This document shows, one piece after another, positions 17,365 to 25,129 of a stretch of DNA of 64,000 nucleotides. The notes beneath the pieces were generated by a model. That model searched no databases and was not told where the DNA came from. It saw only the letters and a program-made list of their open reading frames with translations. This DNA is from Methanomassiliicoccales archaeon (GTDB lineage: Archaea > Thermoplasmatota > Thermoplasmata > Methanomassiliicoccales > JAAEEP01), in the NCBI GenBank assembly GCA_013415695.1, contig JAAEEP010000004.1, positions 66,324 through 130,323 on the forward strand. The letters run 5' to 3'. A program made the translations under genes and the position numbers. Each line of letters starts with the position of its first letter. Position 1 is the stretch's first letter.

Positions 17365-18369
17365 TCACACTTCGCCCCAGAGCTCATCCAGATTGATGTT
17401 GTTCTTGACGGTTTCACTGATCAACTTGATCTTGGCTTCGTCCTCCGGATCTATCCTGGCGATGAGGTGTTCCACCATCTCTGCCGCGGTCAGGGTATCG
17501 TACCTGACAAGTAAAATGGGGACGCCTTTCTCATAAGCCTTGGATACGACTGTCTTCACTGGATACAGACCGCCCGTGAGTATGAGACAGGAGGTGTCGG
17601 TGGAAAGGGCGGCCATTTGTATGTCGGATCTATCTCCACCAGTGATGAGGGCCTTTCTTCCGACCCTCCTCATGTACTTGATTGCGCTCTCTGGCGTCAT
17701 AGCTCCAACCATGACGTCCTCCACAGGTCTGTCCAGGTTCTCGTCCCCGACCACGACCTCGGCTCCCAATGACTCTACTACCTCCTTGACACGGAACCGC
17801 TTGAGCTCATTGATTGAAGGTATGGATCCCAGCACGTTGATCCCTTTCTCTTCGAGGAAGACCTCGACCGCTGGATCGTCTGCCATGTTGAGGATTGCAC
17901 CCTTGAAATCGATGTTGTAGTCCCCTAATAGGTGCTTCATCACGGCTATCTTATCCAGTGCTCCCGGGCTTGAGTCCCCGACAAGAACCATGTCAGCGCC
18001 TATCGCCTGGGCGATGGCAGGACCCGATACATCATGGATATACCCAGTGGTGATATCCCTGGTACCCTCCACGATCATGGTATCGCAGCCCTCTCTCAAC
18101 TTATCCCAGCATTCCAGCATCGTGTTCATGCTCACCGGCCTGAAGACATCATAGGAACACGGTGAGATTATCTCCTCCTCAGCCTCTAGATTCAGGACCT
18201 TCTTCATGAGGTACGCATCCTGATCTAGGATGCGGTTCTTGGCGTAAACTATCGTCTCCTTGAACGGTTTGAAGTAACCCACCTTCCCAGGTGCATTCTT
18301 CGCAAGTCCAAGTGACAGTATCGTCTTCCCAGATCTTTCAGAAACTGATCCGATAAATAAAGATCTCAC
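17365..18369 (-). CDS. DRTGG-domain protein (Pta N-terminal-like, P-loop-like + DRTGG)
   Basis: 334 aa with 'GSVSERSGKT' and 'ITGGDRSDIQMAAL...LILTGG'. The GTG start overlaps the acd stop (GTGA at 18366-18369). Confidence 0.7.
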   Translation of the reverse strand: MRSLFIGSVSERSGKTILSLGLAKNAPGKVGYFKPFKETIVYAKNRILDQDAYLMKKVLNLEAEEEIISPCSYDVFRPVSMNTMLECWDKLREGCDTMIVEGTRDITTGYIHDVSGPAIAQAIGADMVLVGDSSPGALDKIAVMKHLLGDYNIDFKGAILNMADDPAVEVFLEEKGINVLGSIPSINELKRFRVKEVVESLGAEVVVGDENLDRPVEDVMVGAMTPESAIKYMRRVGRKALITGGDRSDIQMAALSTDTSCLILTGGLYPVKTVVSKAYEKGVPILLVRYDTLTAAEMVEHLIARIDPEDEAKIKLISETVKNNINLDELWGEV

Positions 18370-20537
18370 TTACTCTCCCTCCTTATAGTTACCAGCGCGT
18401 CCACCGCACTCGCCCCTTCGCCCTCGTCTCCTACGATTACGGGGTTGATCTCGAATTCTGAGATCTCCGGGAAGTCCACGGAGATCTGCGCTACCTTGAA
18501 AATAATATCCTTTAGTGTTTTAATATCGGCTGGCTTCCTTCCCCTGGCTCCGGACAGTATGGGGAAGGCCTTGATGGAGCTTATCATGGTATTGACATCG
18601 CTCTTGGTCAGGGGTGCGATGCGCTGTGATACATCCTTCATTATCTCCACAAAGATACCTCCTAGACCGAAGGTGAGAACCGGGCCGAATTGATCATCGC
18701 GAACCATGCCCACGATCACCTCCCTTCCCGAGAGCATCTGCTGGATGGAAACCCCATCTATCCTAGCTTGGGGCATCCTCTCCTTGCTACGTCGGGTGAT
18801 TATGTTGAAGTTGACCATTACCTCCTCAGCATTTTCCACCCCGACCGCTACGCCTCCTACATCGGTCTTGTGAAAGATATCGGGTGATGCGATCTTCATG
18901 ACCACGGGGTAACCGATCCTATCGGCGATCTCTGCAGCCTCCTCAGCGGTGTTGGCAATTGCCTCAATAGGAACTGGCACACCATATGCCTTGAGAATTT
19001 CCTTGCCCTCGTCCTCCCTTAATGTCAGGCGATCTTCGGATTTTACGATGTCAAGAATCTCCTTCACCCTCTCTTGGTCACCATCAACAACGACCGGCTC
19101 CATGTCACCCTTGGAATCCCTCATATTCCTGTAATTGACCATTGCACTGAGTGCCTTCATGGCCCGGTCCGGTGATTCATAGTTAGGTACTCCAGCCTCC
19201 CTGAGGAGCTCGATCCCCTCCTCACAGTCCTTACCACCCACGAAGGTCGCAACCAACGGTATGTTCACCTTACCCCCGAAGCCGGCAACGATCTTCGCTA
19301 CCGACATGATATCGACAGTGTCAGTGGGCGCAAGGATCACCAGAACCATCGATACGTTTGGATCATCCATGACCGTATTGATGGCGAACTGGTACCGTTC
19401 GGCAGGAGCGTCTCCAAGCACATCGACCGGGTTGTAGAGGTTCGCTTCGGCGGGAAGGTATTCCTTCAGCTTCTCTATGGTCTCGCCGTCGAACGATGCA
19501 AGGTTCAATCCAAAGTCTGAAGTTGCATCGGCCGCCATTACTCCTAGACCGCCGGCATTGGTGACTATGGCCACCCCATCACCCTCTGGAAGCGGCATAA
19601 GGCCGAAGATCAGAAGCAGATCGAAAAACTCGTCGATTGTGTGAGCCCTCACCACACCCGTCTGGTATAGTGCCGCTTCGTAGACGGCGTCGCTCCCGGA
19701 GAGAGCTCCAGTGTGGGAAGAAGCTGCCTTCGCACCCGAGCTCGTCCTTCCTGCCTTAAGGGCTAGGATAGGTTTGAGACGTGTCGCTTCGCTGGCCTGG
19801 TGCAGGAATTGCTCTCCTCTGTTCGTGCCTTCAATGTACATGCCTATGGCAGCGGTCTGATCGTCTTCCCTCAAGTATTCCAGAAGATCAGCTTCGTCTA
19901 TGTCTACCTTATTACCGACGCTTATGAACTTGGAGAAACCCACATTGGTCCTTGTCGCCCAATCAAGAATCGATGTGCATATGGCGCCTGATTGAGAGGT
20001 TATCGCTATCCTTCCCTTCTTTGGATAATTACGGGTGAAGGTAGCGTTCATGTTGTGATGCCTGTTGATGAGTCCAAGACAGTTAGGACCAAGTATCCTC
20101 ATGTTGTACTTCTTGGCTAGATTGCCTACCCTTCTCTCCAATTCCGCGCCCTCAAGACCAATCTCCTTGAAGCCAGCAGTGATAATGATTGCTGACTTGA
20201 CACCTTTCTCTCCCGCCTCCTCAATGACAGCAGGCACGATGCGGTTCGGGACCACGACCACGATGAGTTCCACCTTCTCAGGTATTTCCATCAGAGAATG
20301 GTAGCACTTCATCCCGAGTATCTCGTCAGCCTTTGGATTCACAGGGTATAGACTCCCCTCGAAACCTGATGAGATTAGATTCCTCAGAATAATATTGCCC
20401 AATTTATCCCTCTCTCGAGCAGCCCCGATAACTGCGATGGATTCGGGTTCGAATAGAGCCTTCATATTCTCAACGAGCCTTCGATTGCTTACTTGTATTT
20501 TTAGATTGTCGTGATAATCCGTAACAAACTCCGACAA
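18366..20537 (-). CDS. acd: ADP-forming acetyl-CoA synthetase (fused alpha-beta, NDP-forming acyl-CoA synthetase)
   Basis: 723 aa with a CoA-binding N-terminus 'SIAVIGAA', 'GPNCLG', 'SQSGA', the phospho-His loop 'ASSHTGALSGSD' and a C-terminal ATP-grasp. A likelier start is Met25 (20465). Confidence 0.85.
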   Translation of the reverse strand: MSEFVTDYHDNLKIQVSNRRLVENMKALFEPESIAVIGAARERDKLGNIILRNLISSGFEGSLYPVNPKADEILGMKCYHSLMEIPEKVELIVVVVPNRIVPAVIEEAGEKGVKSAIIITAGFKEIGLEGAELERRVGNLAKKYNMRILGPNCLGLINRHHNMNATFTRNYPKKGRIAITSQSGAICTSILDWATRTNVGFSKFISVGNKVDIDEADLLEYLREDDQTAAIGMYIEGTNRGEQFLHQASEATRLKPILALKAGRTSSGAKAASSHTGALSGSDAVYEAALYQTGVVRAHTIDEFFDLLLIFGLMPLPEGDGVAIVTNAGGLGVMAADATSDFGLNLASFDGETIEKLKEYLPAEANLYNPVDVLGDAPAERYQFAINTVMDDPNVSMVLVILAPTDTVDIMSVAKIVAGFGGKVNIPLVATFVGGKDCEEGIELLREAGVPNYESPDRAMKALSAMVNYRNMRDSKGDMEPVVVDGDQERVKEILDIVKSEDRLTLREDEGKEILKAYGVPVPIEAIANTAEEAAEIADRIGYPVVMKIASPDIFHKTDVGGVAVGVENAEEVMVNFNIITRRSKERMPQARIDGVSIQQMLSGREVIVGMVRDDQFGPVLTFGLGGIFVEIMKDVSQRIAPLTKSDVNTMISSIKAFPILSGARGRKPADIKTLKDIIFKVAQISVDFPEISEFEINPVIVGDEGEGASAVDALVTIRRESK

Positions 20538-20545
20538 TATGTTCG

Positions 20546-21436
20546 TTATTCGTAGCTTCCCAGCTTCATCTGGTCTTGCAACCTGATTTCCTTCTCCTTA
20601 TGGGGGATTGACAACATGTCCATCATCTGGATAGCGTTCTTAACCGCCTTTGCCCTTCCGTGGTTATTGAAGTACAATCTAACATTCTTAGTTTTTTCTC
20701 CAACTTCGTTGATTATCGGTACCCACCTCTTTAGATGGTCGATCGAATAGAGATAATCATACCTATTGATCCTATAGTCATCCTCGTCCTCACCCTTGTA
20801 CCAAATATCGTAGTTGCGACCGTGGAACCGTATGTATGAGTGATCCGCAGTCTGGGCCCTTGTTATAGGTGAGCCAGGACCATCTATCATCACGTTAGCC
20901 ACTCCATGCTCCTGAAGAGCATTTCTTGCCTCTTCCACGATCTCTTTCTTCTCTTCATCTAACCAGCTCCTATGTCTGAATTCCACTGCATAGGGAAAAC
21001 GATCACACGAGACTGATTCGAGTAATTCAGAGAGCGTGTTCAGGGATCCTTCCTCGTTACGGAAATAAGGAGAGAGCTGGATCAATGCACAGCCCATGTT
21101 TCCATTTTCGGCAAGCGGTTCAATGCAGATCCGCTCAAAGGATTTGGCCTGGTTGGCGGCGGTCTCGTGATTCCCCTTGACCATACTTTCATGGGTGATG
21201 AGCTTGGGGAGCTTCAAAGAGTACTCGAAACCCTCCACCTTCGAGGCTTTCTTGATCCATGATCTGACCGTGAACTCATTAGGCACTCGGTAAAAGGTGC
21301 TGTTTATCTCCACCGTCCTGAAGTACTGCGCATAGTAGGCGAACCAATCGCCCTTATTCTTGGCCATATCTATGGGATAGAAGCGTCCCACCCAGTCGTC
21401 GTATGACCATCCACTGCTGCCTATCAGCACGACCAC
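20546..21436 (-). CDS. DUF72-family protein
   Basis: The N-terminus 'IGSSGWSYDDWVGRFYP' is the hallmark of DUF72 (TIM-barrel, function unknown). Confidence 0.75.
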   Translation of the reverse strand: MVVLIGSSGWSYDDWVGRFYPIDMAKNKGDWFAYYAQYFRTVEINSTFYRVPNEFTVRSWIKKASKVEGFEYSLKLPKLITHESMVKGNHETAANQAKSFERICIEPLAENGNMGCALIQLSPYFRNEEGSLNTLSELLESVSCDRFPYAVEFRHRSWLDEEKKEIVEEARNALQEHGVANVMIDGPGSPITRAQTADHSYIRFHGRNYDIWYKGEDEDDYRINRYDYLYSIDHLKRWVPIINEVGEKTKNVRLYFNNHGRAKAVKNAIQMMDMLSIPHKEKEIRLQDQMKLGSYE

Positions 21437-21480
21437 GATTTATCATTGACCCCGTGAGTATTAATATGCTCTTTGCAGAC

Positions 21481-22014
21481 CTAAGCTTCAAGGAGTTCAT
21501 TGATTATGATCTCGGGAAGGGCATTCCTGTTCCCTTCTGTAACTCGAACAACCACAACGTCTCCTCTCTCCTTGATCGAATCACAGAATGGTTCTTCGCC
21601 CTCCCGTATGGTGGCAAGCACGCGAGATGGTGAATCAAGGACGCGTATGACCTCCCTCTTGAATGCTTCGGAGAAGAGTTCCATTCTACCTATCTCATCG
21701 ATGATCACGATCGCTCCCTCTTTCTTGGCCCTTCTGAGCGCATTTACGCCAATGGACTCCATATCATCGATGTTGACGGTATATTTTCCTACCCGAGGTC
21801 CGTGCTTCAGGTCCACATGGGCCAGTAGACCTTCCTCTCCCCGGAGTGAGAGCAAAAGAAATCCCTTCCTCCTGCCTCGCTCCCTCAGCTCCTTGGTGTA
21901 AAAACCGTCGGCTCTTTCGCCCAGTACATTGGAAACGGCCATTATTACGGTGGTCTTCCCCACTTTGGGTGGCCCCGTGAGAATGAGATTCTTTTTGCTA
22001 AGATCAAGGGACAT
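21481..22014 (-). CDS. THEP1-type nucleoside-triphosphatase
   Basis: 177 aa with Walker A 'LTGPPKVGKTT' and Walker B 'VIIDEIGRMEL'. Size and motifs match the archaeal NTPase family PF03266. Confidence 0.75.
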   Translation of the reverse strand: MSLDLSKKNLILTGPPKVGKTTVIMAVSNVLGERADGFYTKELRERGRRKGFLLLSLRGEEGLLAHVDLKHGPRVGKYTVNIDDMESIGVNALRRAKKEGAIVIIDEIGRMELFSEAFKREVIRVLDSPSRVLATIREGEEPFCDSIKERGDVVVVRVTEGNRNALPEIIINELLEA

Positions 22015-22097
22015 GTCAGTTTGAAAGCGTTCCTAGTGGGATAAATCATTGACGGTAGGCAATCGAAAAGGTTATGAAAGGGTCTTGCTTAATATGA

Positions 22098-22312
22098 TCG
22101 CCCCCGAGCAACGTGACGATGACCAGTGATTCGTTCATACCAAAGGGGGTGGACAGTGCATCGTTACAATGGGTCCCTGCAAGAACTGCGATGCGACATC
22201 GCGTAATGACTGGAGGACAACCCCGGTGCACAACACAAAAGTCCCGGCCAGGGTCAGTGTGGGGAGTGGGCGTTTGCCTGTCCGTGAACCAATCTGTTAC
22301 GGCCGGGGCACA
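22098..22312 (+). ncRNA. Candidate three-hairpin H/ACA box guide sRNA
   Basis: Three consecutive stem-loops, each with a 7-9 bp lower stem followed within 0-2 nt by ACA (22153-55, 22233-35, 22310-12). Each has an apical K-turn/K-loop with tandem G-A/A-G. UUUU lies at 22318-22321. No credible ORF is present. Folded by eye only. Confidence 0.6.
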
Positions 22313-22365
22313 CTCCCTTTTACCGAGTTTGTCCGAACTGATCGTGGAAAGATTGAAAGCATCTG

Positions 22366-22653
22366 ATGAGTATCGGGCCGACGATGGTCAAGTATCTCAG
22401 GAAAGGGGTCTGCAATCTGTGTGGAGAGTGCTGTAAACCCAAGTTCCCCATTTCCGAAGAGGCAAAAGATTTCTACCTAATGAATGGTCTTCCCGAGGAT
22501 GGGCAGTGCCAGTACCTTCGATTTGCAGGCGGAAAAGGCATTTGCAGCATGCATACCGGGAGGGCAGACCACTGCAGGAGATTTCCCTGGCATCCTGACC
22601 AGATAACACATCTTTCCAAGTGTTCCTATTCCTTCGAGATCATCGAGGACTAG
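22366..22653 (+). CDS. YkgJ/UPF0153-type Cys-rich zinc/iron-chelating protein
   Basis: 95 aa with a 'CNLCGECCKP' (CxxCxxCC) motif plus downstream Cys/His residues. Confidence 0.6.
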   Translation: MSIGPTMVKYLRKGVCNLCGECCKPKFPISEEAKDFYLMNGLPEDGQCQYLRFAGGKGICSMHTGRADHCRRFPWHPDQITHLSKCSYSFEIIED

Positions 22654-23612
22654 CGAAGGAAGATGTGCTTCAGGTCCGAATCGTAAGCCCAGTCATCTTC
22701 AGTACGTGCTTCCTCCTTGACTCTAACGTACTGCTCCACCTTGGCATCCATCTTATCGGCATAGTGTATTAGCGCCGCCTCGGCGAACTGTGGTAGACGA
22801 GGCGAGCCGAACTCCAACCTGCCATGGCTGCTGAGGACTATGTGGACGAGCTTGAATCCCAGCGTGGGAGGGAAGTCCTCGATGCTATCAACGACCTGCT
22901 TGAGCTTCTCGGCACCTATGAAGATGTGGCCTAGAAGCATCCCCTCCTCGCTCATGTCGATGTTTGTTGTTATCCTGTACTCATCCATCTTGCCGATGTC
23001 GTGCAATATAGCCCCTGTCAGGAGGAGGTCTTTGTTCATCTTGGGCTTGAGGGAATGAACCATATCACATATCTCAACAACAGAGAGAGTGTGTTCCAGC
23101 AACCCCCCGATGCAGTTGGAGTGTTTCTGAATCGATGCTGGGGCCTCCCTGAATCTGACCACGAATTCCTCATTGGCGAAGAAGTGTCTTAGTATCTTTG
23201 AGAGGAACGGATCCTTGACCTGCCTGATGAAGGAATTAAGGCGGCTCATCATCTGATCCACGTCCCTCTCCGTAGTCGGAACAAAGTCCCGGATGTCGTA
23301 TTCGGATCTTTCGACGAGCGTTATCCCATCATCCTCACCGACGGATATCTCAAGACAGTCTTTGTAGCTACCCACCCTGCCTTTGACTCTTACGACCCCT
23401 CCGACGTAAATGGGTTCATAGATCCTATCCACCAGACGTTCGTCGCTGGGTCCCCAGAACTTCAAGTTCATGTTGCCGGAACGATCACTCAACCGAACCT
23501 CGAACATGTATCCTTTTGAGTACTCACGAGGTGGCTTCTTGTACCTGATCGAGAAGACATCATCGACCTCGTCCCCCTCTTGGAGGTCCTTCAAGAACTG
23601 CCGCTTCCCCAT
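22650..23612 (-). CDS. OB-fold + HD-domain phosphohydrolase (YhaM/Cbf1-like 3'-5' exoribonuclease family)
   Basis: 320 aa. The N-terminal OB-like region is 'GYMFEVRLSDRSGNMNLKFW'. The HD domain has 'HSNCIGGLLEHT' and 'GAILHDIGK'. Confidence 0.7.
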   Translation of the reverse strand: MGKRQFLKDLQEGDEVDDVFSIRYKKPPREYSKGYMFEVRLSDRSGNMNLKFWGPSDERLVDRIYEPIYVGGVVRVKGRVGSYKDCLEISVGEDDGITLVERSEYDIRDFVPTTERDVDQMMSRLNSFIRQVKDPFLSKILRHFFANEEFVVRFREAPASIQKHSNCIGGLLEHTLSVVEICDMVHSLKPKMNKDLLLTGAILHDIGKMDEYRITTNIDMSEEGMLLGHIFIGAEKLKQVVDSIEDFPPTLGFKLVHIVLSSHGRLEFGSPRLPQFAEAALIHYADKMDAKVEQYVRVKEEARTEDDWAYDSDLKHIFLR

Positions 23613-23677
23613 CTCATAGCACCAACCAGAGTATGCCTCCGTGGATTGAAATGCTTATCGCAAATTCATCGAATAAA

Positions 23678-24367
23678 TCAGGTTTTTTGAGAAGCCACTC
23701 TCCTGAGCCAGGACTCAGCTTCCTCCCAGAGTGGGAAGAGTCTCTCCTTCCTGCGGAACTCCCGTCCGTGCCGAGGCGAGAGAGTCTCACGCCCCATCTC
23801 AAGATGAACTAGCTCGTGATAAAGAACGTATTCAGGAACGAAGGATGGAAGCTCGAGAGAATCCAACGCTGATGAAATTGCAATTACCTTCATCAGAACG
23901 CTGCAGTACCCCACCCTTTTCCGGTTGGCACTCCTTGTCCAGGTTAGATGGACATCTTCCATGTCTTCAATCAACCCCTTATCCCTGAGACCATTCATCG
24001 CAGATTGCAGATCATGGTATCGTCCCTCCGGGCTCAAGGAGAGGTTTCTGCTCCTTTCCAGGTACAATGGTCGATTCATTTCGATGAATTCATCTGACTT
24101 CAACCAACACATGACGCTGTCGGTGTAAGCTACTCTCTCACCATTGACCATTCGCCTGAAAAGGGCGTCAGAGTAATCGGTGAGTACATCCTCTCCGCAG
24201 CCGGACATGTAGTCTGAGATTCTGAATGCCACTTTCCAACGGTTCCGATGCCAAGTACTCTTCAACTCCTTGAAGGGGAAGAAGTTGGCCTCGACGAAAT
24301 CGTAGCCATGTCGCCTGCCCGTTCCTTTGAATATTTCCTGAATATCCTGATCATCCTTGCCTGCCAT
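23678..24367 (-). CDS. HExxH metal-dependent hydrolase (DUF45/YgjP or SprT-like)
   Basis: The 'YHELVHLEM' zinc motif is followed by 'HGREFRRKERLFPLWEEAESWL', typical of DUF45. The start was set to Met29 (24367), 3 nt after the upstream stop. Confidence 0.6.
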   Translation of the reverse strand: MAGKDDQDIQEIFKGTGRRHGYDFVEANFFPFKELKSTWHRNRWKVAFRISDYMSGCGEDVLTDYSDALFRRMVNGERVAYTDSVMCWLKSDEFIEMNRPLYLERSRNLSLSPEGRYHDLQSAMNGLRDKGLIEDMEDVHLTWTRSANRKRVGYCSVLMKVIAISSALDSLELPSFVPEYVLYHELVHLEMGRETLSPRHGREFRRKERLFPLWEEAESWLRRVASQKT

Positions 24368-24369
24368 TT

Positions 24370-25068
24370 TCAGATCACCTGTCGTGGGAGGAGAATGAAA
24401 CCATCTGTCGCATCTCCCAAGACCTCGGTCATCTTTCCCGCATAAATCCAATGCCCATACACGCAGAGTACACTGATTACCGCATCGATCTTATCACTCA
24501 CTGATTTCAGTTCGGACGGAGTAGCTGCTTCGATCTCTTCATCGAGAGATTCAGGGATAGAAACGGGAAGCCATTTTCTTAATATTCTCATTATCTTCAG
24601 GGCTGCTTTACGTCTTTCGTCGGCCTTTCCCTTCTTGTATCGTGGAACACTACCTCCGGTGATCACATGCAATGCACCATATGGATACACCTCAATCATG
24701 ACCTTGCACTCCCGATCGCCTCCGGGGAAGGAGTATCCCATCTTGCTCATCATATCAGCTAGGTCAACTCCCCTGCATCCTCCGAACTTCCTGGCGAGAT
24801 AACCTTTACTGGCCGGAAGAACCCTTATGCTTCGGTCGAAAAGAGATCTTTCGCATTTTCGTAGGCCGCCCTCATTGTTGACTATAAGAGGAGCATCGAT
24901 ACCCACCCAGGCACATTTTCGTCCCTCCAATCTTGAGAGTATTTGGTGATCGTTGGTCACCAGGTCAATATCCGTCACCTTTCCGGCGGAGTCCATGACG
25001 CAGAAGGCAGTACTATTCTCCAGAGAATGATTTGTCTTCCAAGCCAAGTCAACCCCGATGAAGTCCAC
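24370..25068 (-). CDS. DUF429-family protein (predicted RNase H-like fold)
   Basis: 232 aa. The N-terminus 'MDFIGVDLAWK' and overall pattern recall DUF429. Function unknown. Confidence 0.55.
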   Translation of the reverse strand: MDFIGVDLAWKTNHSLENSTAFCVMDSAGKVTDIDLVTNDHQILSRLEGRKCAWVGIDAPLIVNNEGGLRKCERSLFDRSIRVLPASKGYLARKFGGCRGVDLADMMSKMGYSFPGGDRECKVMIEVYPYGALHVITGGSVPRYKKGKADERRKAALKIMRILRKWLPVSIPESLDEEIEAATPSELKSVSDKIDAVISVLCVYGHWIYAGKMTEVLGDATDGFILLPRQVI

Positions 25069-25129
25069 GTAACGACAAGTGAGGCAGGGAATATCATCTT
25101 AACTGATTATTTCTCCAGGGGGAAAAGTA

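Noticed and set aside
22015-22365. Whether the structured GC-rich gap is SRP (7S) RNA or RNase P RNA
   Set aside because: SRP RNA was rejected because no helix-8 GNAR tetraloop followed by AGCA, and no 5' Alu-type arrangement, exists on either strand. RNase P RNA was rejected because GAGGAAAGUCC (CR-I) is absent. The only AAAGUCC lies ~130 nt from the 3' end and pairs locally across 50 nt, incompatible with P4. The three stem-plus-ACA units fit H/ACA better.
22113-22436. 107-aa and 65-aa plus-strand ORFs and a 61-aa minus-strand ORF in the same gap
   Set aside because: They overlap one another, have Arg/Cys/Thr/Gly-rich implausible translations and no start context, and are explained by the GC-rich RNA structure.
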